A stretch of DNA of 41,870 nucleotides from Oscillospiraceae bacterium (GCA_015064925.1 SVRH01000002.1:1-41870); one strand, 5' to 3'; counted from the stretch's first letter, positions 1 to 8,479 are shown. Notes: a model not told the origin generated them from the letters alone. A program made the numbers and translations.

Positions 1-805
1 GGGTGGAGAAGGTCTTGTGCAGATTGATGTGGATACAGTCAAAGCCCATGTCGCCGGGACGTACCACGCCCATGACGGCGTTCAGGTTCGCACCGTCGTA
101 GTAGCAGTAGCCGCCTGCGTCGTGCACGATCTTCGTGATCTGCAGAATGTTTTTATCGAACACACCGACGGTGTTGGGGTTGGTGAGCATCAGACCCGCA
201 GTGTCGGGGCCAACGGCCGCCTTCAGTGCCTCGATGTTCACGCATCCGTCCTCGCCGGAGGGAACGTTCACGATCTCAAAGCCGCACATTGCCGCGGTTG
301 CGGGGTTGGTACCGTGGGCAGAGTCGGGAACGATGATCTTCTTTCGCTCGGTGGCGCCGATCGCCTCCAGATGCTTCTTGATCAGCAAAATACCGGTGAA
401 TTCACCGTGCGCGCCCGCTGCGGGCTGCAGAGTCACCGCATCCATACCTGCGATCTCGGCGAGGTATTCCTCGGACACCTTCAGCGCTTCCAGACATCCC
501 TGCACCGAATAGGTGGGCTGCAGGGGATGGATATCGGTAAAGCCTTTTAGTGCCGCCATGTCTTCATTGATCTTGGGATTGTACTTCATGGTACAGGAGC
601 CAAGGGGATAGAAGCCGTCATTGACACCGTGCACTCTCTTTGCGATTTCGCTGTAGTGACGGGAAAGCTCGTTTTCGGAAAGGTGGGGAAGGTTCAATTT
701 GCCCTCTCTCTTGAACGCCGCGCTTCCTTCGTACACGGGCACGTCGCATGCGGGCATGATCTGCTGGAACTGACCTTCAAGTCCTCTTTCAAATACCAAT
801 TTCAT
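1..805 (-). CDS. gcvPB: glycine dehydrogenase (aminomethyl-transferring) subunit 2, C-terminal part cut by window edge
   Basis: Minus-strand frame is open from the ATG (803-805) to position 1. My translation MKLVFERGLEGQFQQIMPACDVPVYEG...GSCTMKYNPKINE...VPDSAHGTNPATAAMCGF...CIHINLHKTFST looks like P-protein subunit 2 (NLHKTF PLP-lysine motif). ATGA start/stop overlap with gcvPA. Not in the ORF track because it has no stop inside the window. Confidence 0.9.
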   Translation of the reverse strand, partial: MKLVFERGLEGQFQQIMPACDVPVYEGSAAFKREGKLNLPHLSENELSRHYSEIAKRVHGVNDGFYPLGSCTMKYNPKINEDMAALKGFTDIHPLQPTYSVQGCLEALKVSEEYLAEIAGMDAVTLQPAAGAHGEFTGILLIKKHLEAIGATERKKIIVPDSAHGTNPATAAMCGFEIVNVPSGEDGCVNIEALKAAVGPDTAGLMLTNPNTVGVFDKNILQITKIVHDAGGYCYYDGANLNAVMGVVRPGDMGFDCIHINLHKTFST

Positions 806-2118
806 CTTGCCAGCACCTCCTTCACGATGGCTACCGCGCGATCCATTTCAGCCTTGGTAACGACCTCGGTCACGCACCACAGAACACCCTTTTCGGTGGG
901 ATAACCGCCGAGGATACCCTCGGATTCCAGCTCTGCCAAAACCTCGTCGGCCTTTGGAAGAGTGGTCAAAAATTCATGGAAATATTCGCCCCCGTACACC
1001 ATTTCCACGCCGTCAATGGCGCACAGCTGCTCTGCCAGATAGTGTGCCTTGGAGGTACACAAAGTGGCAGCCTGCGCAAGACCCGTCTGACCCATGGCGG
1101 ACAGATATACCGCTGCGGTCAGGGCGCACAGCGCCTGGTTGCTGCAAATGTTGGAGGATGCCTTTTCGCGGCGGATGTGCTGTTCTCTTGCCTGTAGCGT
1201 CAGAACGAAGCCGCGCTTGCCTTCCTTGTCCACCGTTTCACCGACGATTCTGCCGGGCAGCTTTCTTGCCATCTGGCTCTTGGCTGCCATGAAGCCGAGG
1301 TAAGGACCGCCGAATGCGATAGGCATACCGAGGGGCTGACCCTCGCCCACCGCCACGTCTGCACCGTATTCTGCGGGGGTCTTGCAGATACCCAGCGAAA
1401 TGGGGTTGCAGACCATCACGTATTTCGCACCCGCACCGTGGGTGGCCTCACACAGCGCATCGGCATCTTCCATGAGTCCGTAGAAGTTGGGCTGCTGGGA
1501 GATGAAGCAGGCGGCATCGCTTCCAAGAGCGGCCTTCAATGCCTCGGCATCGGTCACGCCATTCTTTTCGGGAATGACCTCCAGCGGCACGCCCGAGCCG
1601 TAGCAGTAGGTCTTGACAACGTCAAGATACGCGGGGTTCACGGTGGCGGAAATGTACGCCTTGGTCTTCTTTCTTTCAATGCACATGGCAACCGACTCAG
1701 CGGCTGCGGTGGCGCCGTCGTAGACCGACGCATTGGAAACGTCCATGCCGGTCAGCGAGCAGATCATGGTCTGATATTCGAAAATGCTCTGCAGGATACC
1801 CTGGCTGATCTCCGCCTGATAGGGAGTGTATGCAGTTACGAGCTGTTCTTTGTTGACCACACTCTTCACGATGGAGGGAATGTGGTGACGGTAAGCGCCC
1901 GCGCCGCGCAGGATCGTTTTGAAAACGATATTCTTGTCGGCGATCTCGCTCACCTTGGTGGCCACCTCCAGCTCGCTCATGCCCTCGGGCAGGTTCAGCG
2001 GGCGGGAAAGCAGCATATCACGGGGAACGTTGTCATACAGCGCTTCCACCGTGGGAACGCCGATCGATTTTAGCATCTCTTCTCTCTCGGCGGGACTGGT
2101 CGGAACGTAGCTTCCCAT
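802..2118 (-). CDS. gcvPA: glycine dehydrogenase (aminomethyl-transferring) subunit 1
   Basis: ORF 802..2169 trimmed to the ATG at 2116-2118 (MGSYVPTSPAEREEMLKSIG...) with GAAGG upstream. Contains the TAYTPYQAEISQG motif typical of P-protein subunit 1. Lies between gcvH and gcvPB. Confidence 0.93.
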   Translation of the reverse strand: MGSYVPTSPAEREEMLKSIGVPTVEALYDNVPRDMLLSRPLNLPEGMSELEVATKVSEIADKNIVFKTILRGAGAYRHHIPSIVKSVVNKEQLVTAYTPYQAEISQGILQSIFEYQTMICSLTGMDVSNASVYDGATAAAESVAMCIERKKTKAYISATVNPAYLDVVKTYCYGSGVPLEVIPEKNGVTDAEALKAALGSDAACFISQQPNFYGLMEDADALCEATHGAGAKYVMVCNPISLGICKTPAEYGADVAVGEGQPLGMPIAFGGPYLGFMAAKSQMARKLPGRIVGETVDKEGKRGFVLTLQAREQHIRREKASSNICSNQALCALTAAVYLSAMGQTGLAQAATLCTSKAHYLAEQLCAIDGVEMVYGGEYFHEFLTTLPKADEVLAELESEGILGGYPTEKGVLWCVTEVVTKAEMDRAVAIVKEVLAR

Positions 2119-2193
2119 TTTGATAGTACCTTCTTTCGTTATTTTTGGCAAAGGGCAGAGACCTACCAAAGACCCCTGCCCCGTTTCTTGCTA

Positions 2194-2565
2194 TTAGCCG
2201 GCAATAAATGCCTCGTATGCGTCGGCATCCATCAGGTCTTCGTAGCCTTCGATATCGCCAACCTGAATCAGCCATGCCTCGTAGGGCTGTTCGTTGATGT
2301 TCTGGGGAGCATCCAGCAGCTCCTCGTTCACGGCGATGATGGTGCCGGTTACGGGAGACATTACGTCGGAAACGGCCTTTACGGACTCAACGTCTGCAAA
2401 GGATTCCTCAGCGGTCACAGCGTCGCCTTCCTCGGGAAGGTTGACAAATACCAGCTCGCCCAGCTCAGACTGTGCAAAATCAGTAAGACCTACGTATGCG
2501 GTGCCGTCTTCGTTCTTCTTTACCCATTCATGGGTTTTGCTGTAAAGCAGTTCCTTAGGATTCAT
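2194..2565 (-). CDS. gcvH: glycine cleavage system H protein (lipoyl carrier)
   Basis: 123 aa: [17 protein letters not shown]...[19 protein letters not shown]. Has the lipoyl-lysine ESVKA motif and the expected position in the gcv operon. Confidence 0.95.
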   Translation of the reverse strand: MNPKELLYSKTHEWVKKNEDGTAYVGLTDFAQSELGELVFVNLPEEGDAVTAEESFADVESVKAVSDVMSPVTGTIIAVNEELLDAPQNINEQPYEAWLIQVGDIEGYEDLMDADAYEAFIAG

Positions 2566-2619
2566 GGTTTGGTTCCTCCAAAAATTTTATTTTGATTTGT
2601 TTAAATTGTTTTCCGATTT

Positions 2620-2685
2620 GTTCTTACGCCTTAGCAGGCTTTTGACCAAAGTCCATTTACGTTCTTACGCCTTAGCGGGCTTTTT
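2620..2685. repeat. 24-nt direct repeat duplicating the 3' end of gcvT (period 41 nt)
   Basis: gttcttacgccttagcAggcttt at 2620-2643 versus gttcttacgccttagcGggcttt at 2661-2683, one mismatch. The second copy contains the gcvT stop and last codons (..KPAKA*). The first copy lies in the gcvT-gcvH spacer. Confidence 0.8.
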
Positions 2686-3771
2686 GTAAAAAGGCAGCTT
2701 GACGATCTCCGCGTCGATCTTTCTGCCGCGCACGTCGATCTGTACGGTGTTGCCGATCACAGCCAGCTCGGTGGGAACGTATGCCATTGCGATCGCCTGA
2801 CCGATGAAGGGACAGTGCGTACCGGAAGTCACGTAGCCGACCTCGTTGCCGTCAACGTAAACGGGGCAGTGCTCTCTGGCAATCCCTCTGCCGGTGACCT
2901 TCAGACCCACGCGCTTGATGGTGGGAGTGCCCTTGTCAAGGATCGCCTGCTTGCCGATGAAATCGGGCTTGTCCATCTTCACGAAGAAGCCAAGACCGCT
3001 TTCCTTGGGGGTCAGCTCGTCGTTCATTTCGTGTCCGTAAAGGGGCATAGCCGCCTCCAGACGCAGGGTATCTCTGGCGCCCAGACCGCAAGGGATAAGG
3101 CCCTCGTCCTTGCCCACCTCCAGAAGAGTGTTCCACAGATCGGCAGCGTCCTCAGCCTTGCAGTAGAGCTCGAAGCCGTCCTCACCGGTGTAGCCGGTCT
3201 TGGAAACGATGGCAGTGATCTCGCGGTCGGCAAGACGGATAACGCCTTCTTCCACAAAGGTGTAATACTTGGTGGGGATGTACTGCTCGTCGCAGATCTT
3301 GGCAAGGATCGCATCGGACGCAGGACCCTGCAGCGCGATCTGTGCCACAGACTCGGAAATGTCGGTCAGAGTCACGTCGCCCGAGATGTGCGCCTTCATC
3401 CACGCATAGTCCTTTTCGTGGTTGGCAGCGTTGACAACGAAGAGATATTTATCCGCCTTCAGACGGTAGATCATCAGGTCGTCCACGATGCCGCCGTTTT
3501 CGTTGCACATGGGAGAATACTTCACCTGACCGTCGTACATTTCGTCCACGATCACGGTGGTGAGCATATTGGCGTTGGCAAGGGCATCGGGGCCCTCCAG
3601 CACGATCTCTGCCATATGAGAAACGTCAAACAGACCTGCCTTGGTGCGCACGGTCATGTGCTCGGTGATCACACCGGTGCCGTACTGCACGGGGAGCAGA
3701 TAGCCTGCAAAGGGAACGATCTTGCCGCCCAGCGCCACGTGGCAATCATAAAGGGGTGTTTTCTTTTCCAT
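2665..3771 (-). CDS. gcvT: aminomethyltransferase (glycine cleavage T protein)
   Basis: ORF 2665..3876 trimmed to MEKKTPLYDCHVALGGKIVPFAGYLLPVQY (ATG 3769-3771, GGAAGGA upstream). T-protein family along its whole length. An ATG four codons upstream is an alternative start. Confidence 0.93.
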   Translation of the reverse strand: MEKKTPLYDCHVALGGKIVPFAGYLLPVQYGTGVITEHMTVRTKAGLFDVSHMAEIVLEGPDALANANMLTTVIVDEMYDGQVKYSPMCNENGGIVDDLMIYRLKADKYLFVVNAANHEKDYAWMKAHISGDVTLTDISESVAQIALQGPASDAILAKICDEQYIPTKYYTFVEEGVIRLADREITAIVSKTGYTGEDGFELYCKAEDAADLWNTLLEVGKDEGLIPCGLGARDTLRLEAAMPLYGHEMNDELTPKESGLGFFVKMDKPDFIGKQAILDKGTPTIKRVGLKVTGRGIAREHCPVYVDGNEVGYVTSGTHCPFIGQAIAMAYVPTELAVIGNTVQIDVRGRKIDAEIVKLPFYKKPAKA

Positions 3772-3835
3772 TTCAGTTACCATCCTTCCCGACATTTGTC
3801 GAGTGTATTTGGAATTTTCAATCTTTTCCAAAATA

Positions 3836-3864
3836 AGTATATAATAATTTTCCGCCGATTGCAA
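3836..3864 (-). promoter_or_regulatory. sigma-A-type promoter of the gcv operon
   Basis: Minus strand reads TTGCAA (3859-3864), a 17-nt spacer, then TATACT (3836-3841). This leaves a leader of only about 58 nt before the gcvT ATG. Confidence 0.55.
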
Positions 3865-3889
3865 GCAGAATTTCATATTTTTTGCATTT

Positions 3890-3911
3890 CGTGATTTTGA
3901 CGAAAATCACG
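3890..3911. promoter_or_regulatory. perfect 9-bp-arm palindrome upstream of the gcv promoter (possible operator)
   Basis: cgtgatttt-gacg-aaaatcacg. Lies 26 nt upstream of the -35 element. No U-tract on either strand, so it is not a convincing terminator. Confidence 0.25.
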
Positions 3912-3925
3912 CCGCTTTCTTGTGC

Positions 3926-3960
3926 AAAATAACAGTCCCCCAAGCCGAGGCTTGGGGGAC
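3926..3960 (-). terminator. rho-independent terminator of the lipoprotein/lectin-protease unit
   Basis: GTCCCCCAAGCC/GGCTTGGGGGAC stem (3935-3960), followed on the minus strand by TGTTATTTTG. Sits 35 nt after the stop at 3996. Confidence 0.8.
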
Positions 3961-3995
3961 TTCATTATATCAATTTGCAATTACTATTCTTTTAA

Positions 3996-4907
3996 TTACG
4001 ATCTTTCGCCTATCTTTGTCGTTATCATTATTCCGGTAGCAAATTCTTCACCAACTTCTGTTTTCAAATTCACTCCAAGACTCGTAACTATGCATACATC
4101 TCCATTGAACATAGCATACAGCTTTTGCTGCATGATGTCATAGCCTATAATTTGATACGACGAATTTTCATATGCATTGGTTACTGCCAAATCAATGCTT
4201 TTATCCAAAGATTCCTTATCAATCTTCAAATCAGCATCAGAAAACACGTCGATGTCCCCTGCACTCACGAAAAATACAGTACCTTTTGAATTGATTCCGA
4301 CAGTAACCTTATCCATAGTCTCATAGCCGGCTACTTTTTTAATAAAATCAATCGTGTAACGAGTCAAATAATAGGTTTTTCCATCCTTTTCTCTGTCCGT
4401 AGTGGAAGACTTTGTAACCATTTCATATTCATCAATATCATCCACATACGTTTGCGCGATCTCTTTTGCCAACTCTTCTGCATGTTTTTGAGGCTCTTTC
4501 ACATCATCCAAATAATAATCCCTATTCAACAATTGCGGTGTTGACAAGCTAAATCCATCTAACTCATCCGTATCACATCTAAAATAGAATTCTCTACCCA
4601 GTGCATCTTGATAGCAATCGAACATATAAGAGTTACGTCCGCTTCTTGTTTCCTGATATACGCCGACATAGTCTTCACCAAAAATAGTTACCTTACGATC
4701 CTTCATATTCTCTTTCACGATCGTTTCGTCCTGCCACTCAGTTGTTGTCACATAATCCCCGGATAAAACACCGTCATTTGCCACATCGGTTACGTAGCTT
4801 TCATACTCTTCCAAAAGAGTAACTGTTTTTTTCTCAGAGCCACAGGCAAACAGCATCATTACACTTGCCAATGCTAACAAATTTGCTGTTATTTTAATCA
4901 TTTTCAT
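3996..4907 (-). CDS. lipoprotein of unknown function (low-GC islet)
   Basis: ORF 3996..4961 trimmed to the ATG at 4905-4907, with GGAGG 8 nt upstream. MKMIKITANLLALASVMMLFAC-GSEKK gives a signal peptide plus lipobox Cys. I recognise no domain. GC is 22/60 in the 4381-4440 sample. Confidence 0.75.
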   Translation of the reverse strand: MKMIKITANLLALASVMMLFACGSEKKTVTLLEEYESYVTDVANDGVLSGDYVTTTEWQDETIVKENMKDRKVTIFGEDYVGVYQETRSGRNSYMFDCYQDALGREFYFRCDTDELDGFSLSTPQLLNRDYYLDDVKEPQKHAEELAKEIAQTYVDDIDEYEMVTKSSTTDREKDGKTYYLTRYTIDFIKKVAGYETMDKVTVGINSKGTVFFVSAGDIDVFSDADLKIDKESLDKSIDLAVTNAYENSSYQIIGYDIMQQKLYAMFNGDVCIVTSLGVNLKTEVGEEFATGIMITTKIGERS

Positions 4908-4923
4908 AATAATAACCTCCGTC

Positions 4924-5991
4924 TTATCTAATTTTAAAATTACGGTTTCCTGCGATTTCAATTAACGTAGACATATCGTGGTCATACTTGCTTTTATTGC
5001 TAGTAAAATCAATCTCTTCAATCGCATCTTCAATAGAGCATCCATTTACAATCATAAATGTCATCAAATCTTGCGCCAATTGATTACAATCCGGTATATA
5101 AGTTACATTATTAAAACCAACCACTGTTCCCGCTCCGCAAAGCACCATTTGCTCAATAATATTTTGCGGATTATTATTTGTAATATGTGACAAGCTATAG
5201 TCTTGCCCTGTATTGCAAGTTAAAAGGAGTGCAAATTTAAGATTACTTAAATCACTGCCGGAAATTTCACTCATTGATAACGGGTTTGAAGATGAAAGAT
5301 AAAAACCGGTTTTTACACCATGTGTATGCACAACAAACACATCGTATGTTGACATAGTATCTATCATTGTATTCTCCGAAGACGATGAATAAAAACTTTC
5401 ATGCACATTAATATCGTCAAAATATTGATCCACTAATGTATGAACCGGTTCAAAATACGCATTTCTTGCTTTTTTGTTCTCATCTAATGCCATTAATGCA
5501 ATACTATCAAAAAGGGGAACAGTATGACAAATATCCCACTCATCCTGATAGCTGTTATTACCGTCTTGGAAGTCGCTGAGTTTGAGATTGCTGCCGGCTG
5601 TGGCACTTGCGGTGCTTGTGCAAAGCACCATGGTCGGATCGGAATAGGAAACGATCTTATAGCCTTGATTGGTCTTTTCCACCTTCCACTTCATGCCGTT
5701 TGTAGGGGTACCCGTGCGCAAAACAATGGGCGTTTCATCTGCGGTGGAATCGTTTTGAACACCGAGATAATACGAGTTGTTCTTCGTTGAACGGATGGTA
5801 TACACGTTGCTTCCGATGTGCGTAAATATCCATTTCTGCGTGTTTGCTCCGTCAAAGGTCTGCTGTTCTGCCGCAATTCCGCTTGACATCGTGCCACCCT
5901 CAATATCGGCATACATTCCATTCTGCAGGTTCCGCAGGAAATAGGTACCGTCCTCGATCATTTTGAAGGTGACGTTCATGGAGGCCGACAA
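4924..5991 (-). CDS. ricin-type beta-trefoil lectin domain fused to a caspase-like (clan CD-like His/Cys) domain; 5' end doubtful
   Basis: N-terminal part has three Q/E-x-W repeats (TQKWIF, GMKWKV, QDEWDI) typical of ricin B lectins. C-terminal part has DVFVVHTHG ... FALLLTCNTG ... CGAGTVVGF, a strand-His-Gly / strand-Cys / GA..V.G pattern like caspase, gingipain and CHAT folds. The track start is a TTG with no SD. There is no signal peptide. Confidence 0.6.
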   Translation of the reverse strand: MSASMNVTFKMIEDGTYFLRNLQNGMYADIEGGTMSSGIAAEQQTFDGANTQKWIFTHIGSNVYTIRSTKNNSYYLGVQNDSTADETPIVLRTGTPTNGMKWKVEKTNQGYKIVSYSDPTMVLCTSTASATAGSNLKLSDFQDGNNSYQDEWDICHTVPLFDSIALMALDENKKARNAYFEPVHTLVDQYFDDINVHESFYSSSSENTMIDTMSTYDVFVVHTHGVKTGFYLSSSNPLSMSEISGSDLSNLKFALLLTCNTGQDYSLSHITNNNPQNIIEQMVLCGAGTVVGFNNVTYIPDCNQLAQDLMTFMIVNGCSIEDAIEEIDFTSNKSKYDHDMSTLIEIAGNRNFKIR

Positions 5992-6049
5992 CTGCGTCCC
6001 GGAAATATTGACCGTAACGGTTACAGTCCCGCACTAGTGTATTCGTAAC

Positions 6050-6094
6050 AAGCAAAAATCGCCCATGCGTGCCCTTTTGGGGTACTGCATGGGC
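6050..6094 (-). terminator. terminator-like hairpin directly downstream of an orphan promoter
   Basis: Minus strand reads GCCCATGC-AGTACCCCAAAAGGGCAC-GCATGGGC followed by GATTTTTGCTTG. It lies between the promoter at 6113-6141 and the lectin ORF. Confidence 0.45.
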
Positions 6095-6112
6095 ACTTGC
6101 CTTTACGATACA

Positions 6113-6141
6113 AGTATAACAGTATTTTTCGCCTCTGTCAA
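6113..6141 (-). promoter_or_regulatory. sigma-A-type promoter (extended -10)
   Basis: Minus strand reads TTGACA (6136-6141), a 17-nt spacer, then TGT-TATACT (-10 at 6113-6118). Confidence 0.5.
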
Positions 6142-6227
6142 TGCGGGTTTGCACTCACATTGTTACATTTTTGTGAACAAAAAGCATTTTTGTAGCACTG
6201 CACAAAAAGAGAGGGACTCTTTTGTGC

Positions 6228-6258
6228 AAAACAGAAAAGGAACCGCAAAGCGGTTCCC
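6228..6258 (-). terminator. rho-independent terminator of asd
   Basis: GGAACCGC-TTT-GCGGTTCC stem (6239-6257), followed on the minus strand by TTTTCTGTTTT. A second hairpin, GCACAAAAGAG..CTCTTTTTGTGC, follows at 6199-6227. Confidence 0.8.
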
Positions 6259-6264
6259 TTTTCA

Positions 6265-7269
6265 TTATTTTTCGATCAGCAGCTCTGCGATCTGTACGCA
6301 GTTGGTGGCAGCACCCTTGCGGATCTGGTCACCGCAGCAGAACAGAGTCAGACCGTTCTTTTCGGTCAGGTCGCGGCGGATTCTGCCGACATAAACAGTG
6401 TCGATGTCACTGGTGTCAAGCGGCATGGGATAGACCTGCTTCGAAGGCTCATCCACCAGCTTTACGCCAAGACCGTTTTCAATCGCCTTCTGCGCATCCT
6501 CCACGCTGATATAATCCTCGGTCACGAAGGTGGCGGAGATGGAGTGGCTGCGAAGCACGGGCACTCGCACGCAGGTGCAGGTGACCTTCAGTTCGGGCAG
6601 GTGCATGATCTTTCTGCCCTCGTTTTGCAGCTTCATTTCCTCGGAGGTATATCCGTTGTCCTTGGTTCCGCCGATGGCAGGAATCAGGTTGAAGGCGATC
6701 TGATGCGCAAACACCTTATTCTCGGTCATGGTGCCGTTCACGTGTGCTTCCACCTGCTCCTCCAGCTCGCGAAGGCCTCCTACGCCGGCGCCCGAAACCG
6801 CCTGATAGGTGGAGGCGACCAGCTTCTTGATGGGAGAAAGCTTGTTGATGGGATTCAGCGCTACCAGAGTGATGATGGTGGAGCAGTTGGGGTTACTGAT
6901 GATGCCGTTGTGCTTCTTGGCGTCCTCGGGGTTGATCTCGGGAACCACCAGCGGCACGTCGTCGCGCAGACGGAACGCGCTGGAGTTGTCTACGAACACC
7001 GCGCCCGCCTTCTTGATGGCGGGAGCAAAGCGCTCTGCGATATCGTTCTCGGCAGCACCCAGCACGATATCAAGACCCTCAAAGGCATCTTCTCTTGCTT
7101 CTGCAACGGTTACTTCCTTACCGCAAAAAGGCAGGGTCTTGCCCACAGAACGGGCGCTGGCAAGCAGACGCAGCTGCCCCACGGGGAAGTTTCTTTCTTC
7201 CAGAATTTTCAGCATTTCACGACCCACGGCACCGGTGGCACCGAGGATACCTACGTTGTATGTCTTCAT
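6265..7269 (-). CDS. asd: aspartate-semialdehyde dehydrogenase
   Basis: 334 aa: MKTYNVGILGATGAVGREML (NAD-binding GxxGxxG) and the active-site motif ISNPNCSTI. Confidence 0.95.
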   Translation of the reverse strand: MKTYNVGILGATGAVGREMLKILEERNFPVGQLRLLASARSVGKTLPFCGKEVTVAEAREDAFEGLDIVLGAAENDIAERFAPAIKKAGAVFVDNSSAFRLRDDVPLVVPEINPEDAKKHNGIISNPNCSTIITLVALNPINKLSPIKKLVASTYQAVSGAGVGGLRELEEQVEAHVNGTMTENKVFAHQIAFNLIPAIGGTKDNGYTSEEMKLQNEGRKIMHLPELKVTCTCVRVPVLRSHSISATFVTEDYISVEDAQKAIENGLGVKLVDEPSKQVYPMPLDTSDIDTVYVGRIRRDLTEKNGLTLFCCGDQIRKGAATNCVQIAELLIEK

Positions 7270-7321
7270 ATCTTTGTTCTCTCTTTTCTTTTCAGCTTTG
7301 TATCAGTATATGCGACGGGGA

Positions 7322-8479
7322 TCAGTCTGCCCAGCCGGCAAAGAAGGTGGTTTCATCCGCTTCCTGCATGGTTTTTGCATGGCTGTGCATTTCAAGAACG
7401 CCCATGGGCTTGGTGATGTACATGCCGTTTCCAAGACGAACCTCGATCTCGATCGCCTGCGGAATCTGCGCACTCGTGCGCAGATAGTAACGGTGCTTGG
7501 CACCTCTTGCATCCACATTTAGATTGTTTTCGCAGGAAACCTGATCGAAGGGGGAGTAGCCGTGCAGAATGTCGATGGCATCCAGATATACGTTCACAGC
7601 GGTGGTCTTTCTGCCCGCACCGAAGCCGCCGAACCCGTGCTTGCCGGTACGCTCGCCGATATAGTAAATGTAGTTTTCCACGCCGTATACGGAATATTCA
7701 TTCTGTCCGGGACCGACCAGAGTGGGCTCGCAGAAGGCACAAACGCTGCCGTCCTCCAGACGCACGCCCTTGCCGATCAGTCTTACGCGAAGCCCGTGGG
7801 CACGGAACACGTCGATGTCCTTCTTCTGAATATGACGAACGCCCATGGTGGGGATATCGTCGGGATGGCACGCTGCGTCAAAGCCTACGCTGCAGCACAG
7901 CGCCAGCTTGCAACGAAGGTCAATGGCGTCAATATCTGCAGAGGGGTTGGACTCGGCATAGCCAAGCGCCTGCGCCTTTTTCAGCGTTTCGGCAAAATCG
8001 GCACCTTTCGACTGCATTTCGTCCAAAATGAAGTTGGTGGTACCGTTCATGATACCGCCTACCTCCAGAACGGTGTCCGCATGGGAAACCAGCGCCAGAT
8101 TCTTAAGGAAGGGAATGCCACCGCCAACCGTTGCGGAAAATGCCACCGAAACACCCTTTTCTCTGGCGGCGCGCATGATCTCGCTGTAGTTTTGAGCCAA
8201 CATCAGCTTATTGGCGGTGATCAGATTTTTACCCGCCAGCACCGCCGCAATGGCAAAGGTGTGTGCAGGCTCAAAGCCGCCCAGCACCTCGATCACGGTA
8301 TCGATGGTGGGGTCAGCCAGAATTTCGTCTACGTTTTCGCTTCGGATCTCTTTGATCTCGGGAATATCGCGGCGCTCCAGCACGCTTTCCACCGTGATAT
8401 TGTGACGCATTTCGTCGCGCAGAAGGAACTCATATATTCCGCTGCCGACCACGCCGTATCCAAACAATCCTACTTTCAT
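7322..8479 (-). CDS. hom: homoserine dehydrogenase
   Basis: 385 aa: MKVGLFGYGVVGSG..., ..ITANK.., GIMNGTTNFILDEM, LGYAESNPSADIDAIDLRCKL. These motifs are typical of Hom. Adjacent to asd. Confidence 0.9.
   Translation of the reverse strand: MKVGLFGYGVVGSGIYEFLLRDEMRHNITVESVLERRDIPEIKEIRSENVDEILADPTIDTVIEVLGGFEPAHTFAIAAVLAGKNLITANKLMLAQNYSEIMRAAREKGVSVAFSATVGGGIPFLKNLALVSHADTVLEVGGIMNGTTNFILDEMQSKGADFAETLKKAQALGYAESNPSADIDAIDLRCKLALCCSVGFDAACHPDDIPTMGVRHIQKKDIDVFRAHGLRVRLIGKGVRLEDGSVCAFCEPTLVGPGQNEYSVYGVENYIYYIGERTGKHGFGGFGAGRKTTAVNVYLDAIDILHGYSPFDQVSCENNLNVDARGAKHRYYLRTSAQIPQAIEIEVRLGNGMYITKPMGVLEMHSHAKTMQEADETTFFAGWAD

Noticed and set aside
3772-3995. Expected a glycine riboswitch upstream of gcvT.
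   Set aside because: No GGAGAG/ACCGAAGG-type conserved cores are visible on the minus strand, and the predicted leader is only about 58 nt. The GC-rich hairpin at 3935-3960 is the terminator of the upstream gene.
6150-6185. TTGTTCACAAAAATGTAACAA (minus strand) looked like a Rex or CRP/FNR-type operator.
   Set aside because: The half-sites are imperfect (TTGTTCAC versus TTGTTACA) and the spacing does not match the TTGTGAA-N4-TTCACAA or TGTGA-N6-TCACA consensus. It is a single occurrence.
5900-6394. ORFs 5900..6154(-), 6065..6394(+) and 6222..6509(+).
   Set aside because: They overlap the lectin ORF, the promoter/terminator region or asd in alternative frames. They lack an RBS and any recognisable motif.
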